Positions 10,310 to 19,720 of a stretch of DNA of 46,656 bases are shown one piece after another. The stretch is from NCBI GenBank assembly GCA_036741335.1, contig DAINSL010000002.1, positions 1 through 46,656 of the forward strand, in the 5' to 3' direction. The notes under the pieces are model-generated. The model saw only the letters and a list, made by a program, of their open reading frames with translations. It was not told where the DNA came from and ran no database searches. Every line of letters starts with the position of its first letter. The stretch's first letter is position 1. Both the position numbers and the translations under genes were made by a program. The DNA comes from Nocardioides sp. (GTDB lineage: Bacteria > Actinomycetota > Actinomycetes > Propionibacteriales > Nocardioidaceae).

Positions 10310-12111
10310 GCAACCTGGTCAACCTGGAGCAGGTCTCGAAGGCGTACGGCGTGCGGCCGCTGCTCACCGACGTGTCGCTCGGCATCTCGCTGGGGGAGCG
10401 GATCGGCATCGTTGGCCGCAACGGCGACGGCAAGACCACGCTGCTGCAGATCATGACCGGCCAGGAGCCGCCCGACTCCGGTCGGGTCTCGAGCAGCCGC
10501 GGCCTGGCCATCGGCTACCTCCACCAGGGCGACACCCTCGACGACACGCACTCGGTACGCGACGCCGTGCTCGGCGGGCGGCCCGACCATGCCTGGGCAG
10601 CCGACCCGCGCACTCGCGAGATCGTGACCGAGCTGCTGTCGGGTGTCGAGCTCGATCGTGCGGTGATCGGGCTCTCGGGCGGCGAGCGGCGCAGGTGTGC
10701 GCTCGCCGCGTTGCTGCTGACCGAGCACGAGCTGGTCGTCCTCGACGAGCCGACCAACCACCTCGACGTCGAGGCCGTGGCCTGGCTCGCGGCCCATCTG
10801 GCGAGCCTGCCGTCCGCGCTGGCCGTGGTGACCCACGACCGGTGGTTCCTGGACGCCGTCTGCGAGCAGACCTGGGAGGTCCACGACGGGGTGGTGGACA
10901 CCTATGAGGGCGGGTACGCCGCGTTCGTGCTGGCCAAGGCGGAGCGGCAGCGACAGGCGGCCGCGAGCGAGGTACGACGACGCAACCTTGTGCGCAAGGA
11001 GCTGGCCTGGCTCAGGCGCGGGGCGCCCGCGCGTACCTCCAAGCCGAAGTTCCGGATGGACGCGGCGTCGGCCCTGATCGACGACGAGCCGGCGCCGCGC
11101 GACCGGCTCGAGCTCCAGCGGTTCGCCACCCAGCGGCTGGGCAAGGACGTACTCGACGTCGAAGACGTCGACCTCACCCGCGGCGAGCGGACCCTGCTGT
11201 CGCACGCGACCTGGCGGCTCGGGCCCGGTGACCGGGTCGGGATCGTGGGCATCAACGGCTCGGGCAAGTCGTCGGTGCTGGAGCTGCTCGACGGCTCGCT
11301 CGCGCCGACCGCGGGCCGGGTGAAGCACGGCCGGACCGTCGTACTCCAGCACCTCACGCAGGCCCCCGACGACCTGGACCCGCAGGCCCGGGTGCTCGAC
11401 AGCGTGGAGTCGATCCGGCGGGTTGCGCAGACCACGACGGGTGAGGTGACGGCGTCGTCGCTGCTCGAGCGCTTCGGCTTCACCGGCGACCGGCTGACGT
11501 CGCGGCTCGCGGACCTGTCCGGTGGCGAGAGGCGCCGCTTCCAGCTGCTGCGGCTGCTGTTGGTCGAGCCCAACGTGCTGCTGCTCGACGAGCCGACCAA
11601 CGACCTCGACATCGAGACGCTCAACGTCCTCGAGGACTTCCTCGACGACTGGCCCGGCACGCTGGTGGTGGTCTCCCACGACCGGTACTTCCTGGAGCGG
11701 GTCACCGACTCGATCCACGCCCTGCTCGATGACGGCCAGATCTCGATGCTCCCCGGCGGAGTCGACGAGTACCTCGCCCGCCGCCGAGCCGCCTCGAATT
11801 TCCGGCCCGATGCGCCGACTGGTCACGAGTTGCCGCCCCACGAGGCCGACCCGGCTCGAGCTGACGCCTCCGCGATGCCGAAGGCGCGGGCCGGGAGCGC
11901 GGACGAGCGTGCGGCCCGCAAGGTGCTGGCCCGGGTGGAGAGGCAGCTGGAGCAGGTGACGGCTCGGGAGGCGGAGCTCAACGCCGAGGTGCTCGACCAT
12001 GCGGCCGACCATGAGCGGCTGACCGAGCTGTCCCGGGCGCTCGATCAGCTCGCGTCGGAGCGCGAGTCGCTCGAGGCCGAGTGGCTCGAGGCGGCCGAGA
12101 TCGCGGAGTAG
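10306..12111 (+). CDS. ABC-F family ATP-binding protein (Uup-like)
   Basis: ATG at 10306 overlaps the ispE stop; two ABC domains (GRNGDGKT/GINGSGKS, LSGGE, DEPTN, HDR) and a C-terminal coiled coil. Confidence 0.93.
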   Translation: MSNLVNLEQVSKAYGVRPLLTDVSLGISLGERIGIVGRNGDGKTTLLQIMTGQEPPDSGRVSSSRGLAIGYLHQGDTLDDTHSVRDAVLGGRPDHAWAADPRTREIVTELLSGVELDRAVIGLSGGERRRCALAALLLTEHELVVLDEPTNHLDVEAVAWLAAHLASLPSALAVVTHDRWFLDAVCEQTWEVHDGVVDTYEGGYAAFVLAKAERQRQAAASEVRRRNLVRKELAWLRRGAPARTSKPKFRMDAASALIDDEPAPRDRLELQRFATQRLGKDVLDVEDVDLTRGERTLLSHATWRLGPGDRVGIVGINGSGKSSVLELLDGSLAPTAGRVKHGRTVVLQHLTQAPDDLDPQARVLDSVESIRRVAQTTTGEVTASSLLERFGFTGDRLTSRLADLSGGERRRFQLLRLLLVEPNVLLLDEPTNDLDIETLNVLEDFLDDWPGTLVVVSHDRYFLERVTDSIHALLDDGQISMLPGGVDEYLARRRAASNFRPDAPTGHELPPHEADPARADASAMPKARAGSADERAARKVLARVERQLEQVTAREAELNAEVLDHAADHERLTELSRALDQLASERESLEAEWLEAAEIAE

Positions 12112-12160
12112 CGCCGGGTGGGCGTCGTACGGCGTGAAATGTGCCCGAAATGGGGCAGGT

Positions 12161-12676
12161 TCAGCGGCGTGGGGGGTCAGCTCGGGCCGGGTCGGCGAAG
12201 GGGGCGAGGAGTGCGCGGAGCAGGGAGGCCAGCTTCTCGCGGTCACGCTCGGGCAGATCCTCGAGCAGGGCACGCTCGGCGTCGAGCAGCGCGGTGAACG
12301 CGCCGTCCACCGCGGCCTTCCCCTCCGCGGACAGCCGCACGATCACACCCCGCCGGTCGTCGGGGTCGGGGTAGCGCTCCACCAGACCCCGCGCGCTGAG
12401 CCGGTCCACGCGGTTGGTCATGGTGCCGCTGGTCACCAGCGTCTCCTTGAGGAGGCGGCCGGGTGAGAGCTCGTACGGCGTCCCGGCCCGGCGCAGCGCC
12501 GCCAGCACGTCGAACTCCCACTGCTCGATCTCGTGCGCGGCGAACGCGTCGCGACGCGCCAGCTCGAGGCGGCGCGCGAGCCGGGTGACCCGGCTGAACA
12601 CCGCGACCGGCGCCAGGTCGAGGTCGCCGCGCTCGCGGCCCCAGGCCTCGAGCAGCGTGTCCACCTCGTCCCGCAT
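12161..12676 (-). CDS. tamR: MarR/UrtR-family regulator (TamR-like)
   Basis: DEVD..LEAW..ER.DLD, EFDVLAALRRAG, TSGTMTNRVDRL, DDRRG; divergent from tam, with palindromic operators between the two genes. Confidence 0.85.
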   Translation of the reverse strand: MRDEVDTLLEAWGRERGDLDLAPVAVFSRVTRLARRLELARRDAFAAHEIEQWEFDVLAALRRAGTPYELSPGRLLKETLVTSGTMTNRVDRLSARGLVERYPDPDDRRGVIVRLSAEGKAAVDGAFTALLDAERALLEDLPERDREKLASLLRALLAPFADPARADPPRR

Positions 12677-12701
12677 GTGGCCACTCTAGATGCTGTCGAG
12701 A

Positions 12702-12753
12702 ATCTTGACATCAAGATGACCGATGCTCACACTGGATATCTCGACATCAAGAC
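12702..12753. promoter_or_regulatory. Two palindromic TamR operators overlapping the tam promoter
   Basis: ATCTTGACATCAAGAT (12702-12717) and ATCTCGACATCAAGAC (12738-12753); -35 TTGACA 12705-12710 and -10 CACACT 12728-12733 with a 17-bp spacer. Confidence 0.85.
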
Positions 12754-12769
12754 ACTCTCGAGGAGCGAC

Positions 12770-13555
12770 GTGCCACACACCTGGGACCCCGAGCGCTACC
12801 TGACCTACGCCGACGAGCGGGGCCGGCCTTTCGTCGAGCTGGTGGCCCGAGTCGGCGCCGAGCGGCCCGCCGAGATCGTGGACCTCGGATGCGGCCCGGG
12901 CAACCTCACCGCCTTGCTGCGAACGCGCTGGCCCGGGGCCCGGATCCGTGGCCTCGACTCCAGCCCGGAGATGATCGACCGCGCCCGCGCGGTCGACGCG
13001 AGCATCGAGTTCGAGGTCGCCGACCTGCGCGAGTGGGTAGCCGAGGCCGACCCGGTCGACGTCCTGGTCTCCAACGCGACGCTGCAGTGGATCCCCGGGC
13101 ACCTCGAGCTCCTGCCGGCACTCGCCGCCAAGGTCCGCCCGGGCGGCTGGCTCGCCTTCCAGCTGCCGGGCAACTTCGGCGAACCCAGCCACACGATCCG
13201 CAGCGACCTGGCCGCCGAGGCGCCGTACGCCGACCACACCCGCGACGTCGCGGTGCCGAGCAGCCACGGCCCGGAGGTCTACCTCGACGCCCTCGCCGGT
13301 CTGGGCCTCCACGTCGACGCCTGGGAGACGACGTACCTCCATGTGCTCACCAGCCCCGACCCGGTCTTCACCTGGGTCTCCGGCACCGGAGCCCGCCCCA
13401 CGCTGCAGGCACTGCCCGACGACCTCCGCCCGGAGTTCGAGGCCGAGTTCAAGCGCCGCCTGCGCGAGGCCTACCCCGAGCGCGATGGTCGGGTCGTGCT
13501 GCCGTTCCGCCGGGTCTTCGTGGTCTCGACAAGCTCGACCGGCGGAGGGTCATGA
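12770..13555 (+). CDS. tam: trans-aconitate 2-methyltransferase
   Basis: GTG at 12770 after GAGGAG; WDPERYL...ERGRPF, DLGCGPGN, SNATLQW, WETTY, GTGARP, LPFRRVFVV. Confidence 0.93.
   Translation: MPHTWDPERYLTYADERGRPFVELVARVGAERPAEIVDLGCGPGNLTALLRTRWPGARIRGLDSSPEMIDRARAVDASIEFEVADLREWVAEADPVDVLVSNATLQWIPGHLELLPALAAKVRPGGWLAFQLPGNFGEPSHTIRSDLAAEAPYADHTRDVAVPSSHGPEVYLDALAGLGLHVDAWETTYLHVLTSPDPVFTWVSGTGARPTLQALPDDLRPEFEAEFKRRLREAYPERDGRVVLPFRRVFVVSTSSTGGGS
13522..13545 (+). repeat. Family-A palindromic element (short form) forming the tam C-terminus
   Basis: GGTCTCGACAAGCTCGACCGGCGG, read as VSTSSTGG. Confidence 0.75.
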
Positions 13556-13953
13556 TCGCCCTCCACCACGTCCAGATCGCCTGCCCGGCCGGCGGTGAGG
13601 AGGCCGCGCGCCGCCTCTACGGCGACGCCCTGGGCCTGAGCGAGGTCCCGAAGCCCGCAGGCCTCGCGGGCCGCGGCGGCGCCTGGTTCCGCTCGTACGA
13701 CGAGCGGGGTGCGGTCGCTGCCGAGCTCCATGTCGGCGTCGAGGAGCCGTTCGTGCCGGCCGGCAAGGCTCACCCCGCGTTCGTCGTGGACGACCTGGAC
13801 GCGGTCGCGGGTGCAGTCGCAGCGGCCGGCTTCGAGGTGGACCGGAGCCAGGAGCACACCTTCGAGGGCTACCGCCGCTTCCACACCGCCGACCCGCACG
13901 GCAACCGGGTGGAGGTCATGTCGGCGAGCCGCCGGAATACGGCGGCCGGATGA
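13552..13953 (+). CDS. VOC/glyoxalase family protein
   Basis: LHHVQI, ELHVG, KAHPAF and RFHTADPHGNRVE motifs; ATGA overlap with tam. Confidence 0.88.
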   Translation: MIALHHVQIACPAGGEEAARRLYGDALGLSEVPKPAGLAGRGGAWFRSYDERGAVAAELHVGVEEPFVPAGKAHPAFVVDDLDAVAGAVAAAGFEVDRSQEHTFEGYRRFHTADPHGNRVEVMSASRRNTAAG

Positions 13954-14005
13954 CGCCTTCCACCTGGTGCACACCGCACCGGGTTCCACGAGGAGAGACC
14001 GACCG

Positions 14006-14380
14006 ATGGCCACCACCACCGTGACCGAGCAGGACTTCGAGAAGACCGTGACCCAGGACGGCATCGTCCTGGTCGACTTCTGGGCGTCGTGGTGCGGGCC
14101 GTGCCGGATGTTCGCCCCGATCTACGAGCAGGCCTCCGAGACGCACGCGGACATCACGTTCGGCAGCGTCGACACCGAGGACCAGCGCGACCTCGCCGGC
14201 GCTCTCCAGATCTCGTCCATCCCCACCCTGATGGCCTTCCGCGACGGCATCCTGGTCTTCCGGCAGGCCGGCGCGCTGCCCGAGCCGGCACTGGCCGAGC
14301 TGGTCGAGGCCGTGCGCGGCCTCGACATGGACGCGGTACGCCGCGAGGTCGAGGCGGCGGAGACGGCCCGGGAGGCCTGA
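14006..14380 (+). CDS. Thioredoxin
   Basis: VDFWASWCGPCRMFAP and SIPTL motifs; SD GAGGAG upstream. Confidence 0.93.
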   Translation: MATTTVTEQDFEKTVTQDGIVLVDFWASWCGPCRMFAPIYEQASETHADITFGSVDTEDQRDLAGALQISSIPTLMAFRDGILVFRQAGALPEPALAELVEAVRGLDMDAVRREVEAAETAREA

Positions 14381-14399
14381 CCTGCGGGCTCCTCCGCTC

Positions 14400-14870
14400 T
14401 CAGCCGGTGCCCTGGTCGGAGATCCGCCAAGGATCGTGCGGGGAGGAGCGGACCAGCGAGTAGCCCCACTCGGTCGGGCCCTCGCCGAGGGAGTCGTCGC
14501 TGTGGAACGGGCGCCACGACAGGCCGAACGTGACGTCGATGGTCACCGTCTGCCGGCTCCCCGGGGGCGGGTCGTGCTGCCGCTTGGGGTGGCGACCGGT
14601 GACCTGGATGTCGGTGACGCCGGCGACGTCGCCACACCAGCTGCCGCTCCGGGCGCGACGGGTCATCAGCGAGGCTGCCGCGCCGCAGTCGTGCGCATCG
14701 AGCGCATCCAGGTGGCTCCGCACCACGTGCTCCGGAGACGCATCCGCGGGCGCGATCGGTACGTCGCGGGTCTTGAGGCCGGTGAGCTCGACGTACGCCA
14801 CCATCGTCAGGACCGCGACGACCAACGCGCCCACGATGGGCGCGATCAGGAGTGGTCGACGCCGGCTCAC
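14400..14870 (-). CDS. Hypothetical membrane-anchored/secreted protein
   Basis: Basic N-terminus followed by a hydrophobic helix; paired Cys; C-terminal WRISDQGTG. Start is GTG 14870 or 14876. Confidence 0.65.
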   Translation of the reverse strand: MSRRRPLLIAPIVGALVVAVLTMVAYVELTGLKTRDVPIAPADASPEHVVRSHLDALDAHDCGAAASLMTRRARSGSWCGDVAGVTDIQVTGRHPKRQHDPPPGSRQTVTIDVTFGLSWRPFHSDDSLGEGPTEWGYSLVRSSPHDPWRISDQGTG

Positions 14871-14938
14871 CCCCACATCCTCACTCCCGCGAGCGTGATT
14901 CGGGGGCGACGGGCCGCCCGCCGTACCCTTGACCGGTC

Positions 14939-16426
14939 ATGAGCACCCCAGCCGAGGGCACTGCCCGCACGTACGAGGTCCGCACCCACGGGTGCCAGAT
15001 GAACGTCCACGACTCCGAGCGGCTGAGCGGGCTGCTGGAGGAGGCGGGCTATCTCCCCTTCCAGCAGAGCGCCGCCGGCGAGCAGGCTGCCTTTCCAGAT
15101 GTGGTCGTGTTCAACACCTGCGCGGTCCGGGAGAACGCCGACAACAAGCTCTACGGCAACCTCGGGCACCTCGCGCCGGTCAAGGCCCAGCGCCCCGGGA
15201 TGCAGATCGCGGTCGGCGGCTGCCTGGCCCAGAAGGACCGCGCCACGATCACCCGGAAGGCGCCGTGGGTCGACGTCGTCTTCGGCACCCACAACATCGG
15301 CTCGCTGCCGGCCCTGCTCGAGCGCGCCCGGGTCCAGGAGGAGGCGCAGGTCGAGATCCTCGAGTCGCTCGAGGTGTTCCCGTCCACGCTGCCGACGCGG
15401 CGGGAGTCGGCGTACGCCGCGTGGGTGAGCGTGTCGGTGGGGTGCAACAACACCTGCACGTTCTGCATCGTCCCGAGCCTGCGAGGCACGGAGAAGGACC
15501 GTCGCCCGGGCGACATCCTGGCCGAGATCCGCGCCCTGGTCGCCGAGGGCGTCAGCGAGGTCACCCTGCTGGGTCAGAACGTCAACGCGTACGGCGTGGA
15601 GTTCGGCGACCGGCAGGCCTTCTCCCGGCTGCTCCGCGCCTGCGGTGAGGTCGAGGGCCTGGAGCGGGTGCGTTTCACCTCGCCGCACCCGGCGGAGTTC
15701 CGCGACGACGTGATCGCCGCCATGGCCGAGACGCCCACCGTGATGCCGCAGCTGCACATGCCGATGCAGAGCGGCTCCGACCGGGTGCTGCGCGCGATGC
15801 GGCGCTCCTACCGGCGCGAGAAGTACCTCGGGATCATCGACCGGGTCCGGGTCGCGATGCCCGACGCCGCGATCACCACCGACCTCATCGTCGGCTTCCC
15901 CGGTGAGACCGAGGACGACTTCGTGCAGACGCTGGAGGTCGTGGGTGAGGCGCGCTTCGCGGCGGCATTCACGTTCCAGTACTCCATCCGCCCCGGCACC
16001 CCCGCCGCGACCATGCCCGACCAGGTGCCGCCCGACGTGGTGCGCGAGCGCTACCAGCGGCTGGTCGAGATCGTCAACGACGTGACCTGGGCGGAGAACC
16101 TGCAGCAGGTGGGCCGTCGCGTCGAGCTGATGGTCGCCGAGGGTGAGGGTCGCAAGGACGCCGCCACGCACCGTCTCTCCGGTCGGGCCCGCGACAACCG
16201 GCTTGTGCACTTCGCGTTCGATCCGACCCGGGCAGCACCGAGGCCGGGGGACATGGTCGAGGTCGAGGTCACGTACGCCGCGCCGCACCACCTGGTCGCC
16301 GACGGTCCGGTGCTCGCCGTACGTCGTACCCGCTCCGGCGACGCCTGGCAGGCCCGCACGGCCGGCCCCACCGCGCCGTCGAACGCGGTCGGGCTGGGGA
16401 TGCCCACGGTCGGCGCTCCCGTCTGA
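14939..16426 (+). CDS. miaB: tRNA-2-methylthio-N6-dimethylallyladenosine synthase
   Basis: [27 protein letters not shown], radical [24 protein letters not shown]. Confidence 0.97.
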   Translation: MSTPAEGTARTYEVRTHGCQMNVHDSERLSGLLEEAGYLPFQQSAAGEQAAFPDVVVFNTCAVRENADNKLYGNLGHLAPVKAQRPGMQIAVGGCLAQKDRATITRKAPWVDVVFGTHNIGSLPALLERARVQEEAQVEILESLEVFPSTLPTRRESAYAAWVSVSVGCNNTCTFCIVPSLRGTEKDRRPGDILAEIRALVAEGVSEVTLLGQNVNAYGVEFGDRQAFSRLLRACGEVEGLERVRFTSPHPAEFRDDVIAAMAETPTVMPQLHMPMQSGSDRVLRAMRRSYRREKYLGIIDRVRVAMPDAAITTDLIVGFPGETEDDFVQTLEVVGEARFAAAFTFQYSIRPGTPAATMPDQVPPDVVRERYQRLVEIVNDVTWAENLQQVGRRVELMVAEGEGRKDAATHRLSGRARDNRLVHFAFDPTRAAPRPGDMVEVEVTYAAPHHLVADGPVLAVRRTRSGDAWQARTAGPTAPSNAVGLGMPTVGAPV

Positions 16427-16471
16427 GCCTCACCGGAGCCCGGGATCTGGAACACCCTGTTCCACATCGGG

Positions 16472-16774
16472 TCAGTCGCTGCGCGGATCTTTCGAGGGAT
16501 AGCCCGCGACCGGCGGACTCGCGTCGGAGTTCGGCTCGGGATTTCCGGGCGACTGCTCGGGAGGCGTCTCGGACTCGTCGATCTCCGGGGCACCCGACGT
16601 GCCGGCGACGCGAGTGTCGCGCTCGCCGTCGGTCGACTCCTGGCCCGGCCCCGTAGGCCCGACTCGTTCGCTGCTCACGCCCATCCCGCCCGCGGCGCGC
16701 TCCGGGCCGCCGGCGTTGGGGTTGGAGTCCTGGAGCTCGGTCTCCTCGGCGCTCCTGTCCTCGTCGCCGCTCAT
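16472..16774 (-). CDS. Small acidic disordered hypothetical protein
   Basis: 100 aa, rich in E/D/G/P; ATGA overlap with the upstream gene and SD GGAGG. Confidence 0.65.
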   Translation of the reverse strand: MSGDEDRSAEETELQDSNPNAGGPERAAGGMGVSSERVGPTGPGQESTDGERDTRVAGTSGAPEIDESETPPEQSPGNPEPNSDASPPVAGYPSKDPRSD

Positions 16775-17469
16775 GCCTGGGCCTCCTTCTCCGGCTCGCT
16801 CGCGCCGTCGGTGCTCGCGCCGTCCTCGGTCTCCTCGGGCTCGCTCAACTCGTCCGGCGCGGCGTCCTCGACGGCCGGGTTGTCCGCCGTCGACAGGTTG
16901 GGGACGACGGGCTTCTCCTCGTGGTCGTTGCCCTCGATCGCGTCGACTCCGCCCGGGTTGGGCTCACCCGGCTCGATCTCCGGCTGGGGCTGGTCGCCCA
17001 TTTCGTTCACCATCCTGAAACCGTACGTCGTGTACGGCGCCACCCCCACCCCCAGGCGGGTGAGGATCTGCCACTCGTGCGGGACCACCGGATCCGGCAG
17101 CGCGCCGAGCGGAAACCACTCCAGCGCCGCGCACTTGGCGGGCTCGATGATCCGCGGCTCACCGGCCCACGTGCGTGCCGTGAAGAAGAAGTCGACCCGC
17201 TCGTCGATCGGGTCCGCGTGCTGCGTGCGCTGCATCGAGGTCACGAACTCCAGCCCGAGCCCCTCGACGCCGATCTCCTCCCGCGCTTCGCGGTGCGCCG
17301 CGTCGTACGCCGTCTCGCCGCGCTCGACGTGACCAGCGGCCGCGGCCGCCCAGTGGTCGTCCATGTAGCCGGTGTTCCGGCGCAGCTGCAGCAGCACCTC
17401 GTCACCGCCGTCGCCGGCGCGGAGCAGGAAGACGTAGGCGGCCGGAACGACCCGGAACCGCTCCCTCAT
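16771..17469 (-). CDS. NUDIX hydrolase with a fused acidic tail (possible separate ORF from 17001)
   Basis: Nudix box GHVERGETAYDAAHREAREEIG; the last 76 aa are acidic and low-complexity, starting at an internal ATG with an SD-like AGGATGGTGA. Confidence 0.85.
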   Translation of the reverse strand: MRERFRVVPAAYVFLLRAGDGGDEVLLQLRRNTGYMDDHWAAAAAGHVERGETAYDAAHREAREEIGVEGLGLEFVTSMQRTQHADPIDERVDFFFTARTWAGEPRIIEPAKCAALEWFPLGALPDPVVPHEWQILTRLGVGVAPYTTYGFRMVNEMGDQPQPEIEPGEPNPGGVDAIEGNDHEEKPVVPNLSTADNPAVEDAAPDELSEPEETEDGASTDGASEPEKEAQA

Positions 17470-17476
17470 CGCTGGG

Positions 17477-17761
17477 TCAACGGCCCAGCACGCCCAGCAC
17501 GTCCAGCACCAGCCGGATGACGTAGCCCGCCACCGGCATGCAGAACACCACGAGCATCACCCACGCCGCGATCCGGTGGGAGCGCCGGCTCGAGTCGAGC
17601 TTGCCCGCGAAGTCGAGCAGCGCGCCGTCCGGCACGTGGTGGGTCAGGCCCATCCGCCGGGAGTCCTCGGGCATCCGGTTGCCGGCGAACCAGTACGGCG
17701 GGCTCTCGTCGTCGTGACCCCAGTCCTCGTCGAACTCGTCCTCGCGGACCCCACCGGCCAT
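17477..17761 (-). CDS. Small hypothetical membrane protein
   Basis: 94 aa from ATG 17761, preceded by -10 TACTGT 6 nt upstream; acidic N-terminus and C-terminal TM helix. Confidence 0.65.
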   Translation of the reverse strand: MAGGVREDEFDEDWGHDDESPPYWFAGNRMPEDSRRMGLTHHVPDGALLDFAGKLDSSRRSHRIAAWVMLVVFCMPVAGYVIRLVLDVLGVLGR

Positions 17762-17782
17762 GTCCCCACAGTAGGCCCGCGC

Positions 17783-17860
17783 CCCAGTCGGGTTGCCCAG
17801 TCGGGTTGCCCAGTCGGGTTGCCCAGTCGGGTTGCCCAGTCCGGTTGCCCAGCCGGGCTG
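17783..17860. repeat. 13-bp tandem repeat (CCCAGTCGGGTTG x4 perfect plus 2 degenerate)
   Basis: Units start at 17783, 17796, 17809, 17822, 17835 and 17848. Confidence 0.95.
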
Positions 17861-17873
17861 CCAGACTGGCCGC

Positions 17874-18821
17874 ATGGCCAACCACGCGTCAGGCCATGCG
17901 TCAGGCCCGCCGATCGTCGCCGTCGTGGGCGCCACGGCCGCGGGCAAGACCGGGCTGGCGCTCGACCTCGCGGAACGCCTCGACGGCGAGATCGTCAACA
18001 CCGACGCGATGGCGGTCTACCGCGGCATGGACATCGGTACGGCCACGCCGCTGACGGGCGAGCGCCGCGGCATCCCCCACCACCTGCTCGACCTGCTCGA
18101 CGTCACCGAGCCTCTCACCGTCGCGGAGTTCCAGGGCTGGGCGCGCAAGGTGATCGCCGAGGTGCGCGGTCGACGTCGTACCCCGATCCTGGTCGGCGGC
18201 TCGGCGCTCTACACGCGGGCGGTCGTCGACCGCTTCGAGTTCCCCGGCACCGATCCCGCCGTGCGCGGCGAGCTCGAGGCCGAGCTCGAGGCCCTCGGTC
18301 CGGCCGCGCTCCACCACCGCCTGGCCGAGCAGGACCCGGAGTCCGCGGCCCGGATCCTGCCGGAGAACGGCCGCCGCATCGTCCGGGCCCTGGAGGTCGT
18401 CGCACTCACCGGGGCCGGGTTCCGCGCCTCGCTGCCCGAGCCCGAGTACGTCGACCGGGACACCGTGCAGATCGGCGTCGACATCGACCGGACGACCCTG
18501 GACACCCGGATCGAGCAGCGGGTGCGGGCGATGTTCGACGACGGGTTCGTCGACGAGGTACGCCGTCTGCTCACCGTCGGGCTGGCCGAGGGCCGCACCG
18601 CCCGGTCGGCCATCGGCTACCGCGAGGTGGCGTCGTACCTCGACGGCGAGCTGACGCTGGTGCAGGCGATCGAGACGACGGCCGCCGCGACCCGGCGGTT
18701 CTCCCGGCGCCAGGACGGCTGGTTCCGCAAGGACCCGCGCGTGGTGTGGGTGCCGTGGGACGCCCCCGACCGGGTCGAGCGTGCCGAGGCCGCGGTCCGG
18801 ACTGTCACAATGAAGCAGTGA
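17874..18821 (+). CDS. miaA: tRNA dimethylallyltransferase
   Basis: VVGATAAGKT, NTDAMAVYRGMDIGTA, PHHLLD, VGGSALY, RRIVRALE, AIGYRE and TRRFSRRQ motifs. Confidence 0.96.
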   Translation: MANHASGHASGPPIVAVVGATAAGKTGLALDLAERLDGEIVNTDAMAVYRGMDIGTATPLTGERRGIPHHLLDLLDVTEPLTVAEFQGWARKVIAEVRGRRRTPILVGGSALYTRAVVDRFEFPGTDPAVRGELEAELEALGPAALHHRLAEQDPESAARILPENGRRIVRALEVVALTGAGFRASLPEPEYVDRDTVQIGVDIDRTTLDTRIEQRVRAMFDDGFVDEVRRLLTVGLAEGRTARSAIGYREVASYLDGELTLVQAIETTAAATRRFSRRQDGWFRKDPRVVWVPWDAPDRVERAEAAVRTVTMKQ

Positions 18822-19654
18822 GCTACCCGTTCCTCAAGGGCCACGGCACGGAGAACGACTTCGTGCTGCTGCCCGATCATGACGGATCGGTCCACGGGGA
18901 CCTGTCTTCCGCGCGCGTCCGGGCCCTGTGCGACCGCCGTGCCGGCATCGGCGCCGACGGAGTGCTCCGGGTGATCCGGACGTCCGCGCTCGACTCGGAG
19001 TCCGAGTGGCCGACGGCGGCGCCCGACCAGCCCGAGTGGTTCATGGACTACCGCAACTCCGACGGTTCGCACTCCGAGATGTGCGGCAATGGCATCCGGG
19101 TCTTCGCCCGCCACCTCTGGGAGGAGGGGCTGGCCCCCGACGGCGAACCCCTGCCCATCGGGACCAAGGCCGGCGTGAAGACCGTGACGCATGACGGCGA
19201 GGTCTACACCGTCGACATCGGCACGGCGCGGATCCTCGGGGAGACCAAGGTCGCCGCCGGCGACCGCTCGTGGCCCGCGGTGCACGTCGACCTGGGCAAC
19301 CCCCACGCGGTCGCCTTCGTGGCGTCCCTGGACGAGGCCGGTTCGCTGATCCGGGAGCCGGCGTACGACGAGGTGCTGTTCCCCGAGGGCGTGAACGTCG
19401 AGTTCGTCTGTCGCCGTGGGCCCGATCACGTGGCGATGCGCGTGCACGAGCGCGGCTCGGGCGAGACCCGCTCGTGCGGCACCGGCGCCTGCGCCGCCGC
19501 GATCGCTGTTGCTGGTCAGGGGGCCGGCGAGGTGGCAGGGACCTGGCGGGTCGACGTACCCGGCGGGTCGCTCACGGTCTCGCGCGACGAAGCCGGGCAC
19601 GTGTTCCTGACCGGCCCGGCCGTGATCGTCGCGCAGGGCACGACCGACCTCTGA
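18818..19654 (+). CDS. dapF: Diaminopimelate epimerase
   Basis: KGHGTENDF, GIGADG, EMCGNG, GNPHAV, GVNVEF and ERGSGETRSCGTG motifs. Confidence 0.96.
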   Translation: MSYPFLKGHGTENDFVLLPDHDGSVHGDLSSARVRALCDRRAGIGADGVLRVIRTSALDSESEWPTAAPDQPEWFMDYRNSDGSHSEMCGNGIRVFARHLWEEGLAPDGEPLPIGTKAGVKTVTHDGEVYTVDIGTARILGETKVAAGDRSWPAVHVDLGNPHAVAFVASLDEAGSLIREPAYDEVLFPEGVNVEFVCRRGPDHVAMRVHERGSGETRSCGTGACAAAIAVAGQGAGEVAGTWRVDVPGGSLTVSRDEAGHVFLTGPAVIVAQGTTDL

Positions 19655-19700
19655 GTCGAGTGCTGGAGCGGTGGTCCGGGCGACCTGGGGAGCACTCAAC
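19655..19700. repeat. Inverted repeat downstream of dapF (terminator- or REP-like)
   Basis: Arms GTCGAGTGCT ... AGCACTCAAC (9/10 complementary), with an inner GGTC/GACC stem. Confidence 0.5.
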
Positions 19701-19720
19701 CCGTGTCCTAGGCTCCCGCC

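Noticed and set aside
17783..17860. Possible CRISPR array
   Set aside because: The 13-bp units are directly adjacent with no unique spacers, and there are no cas genes.
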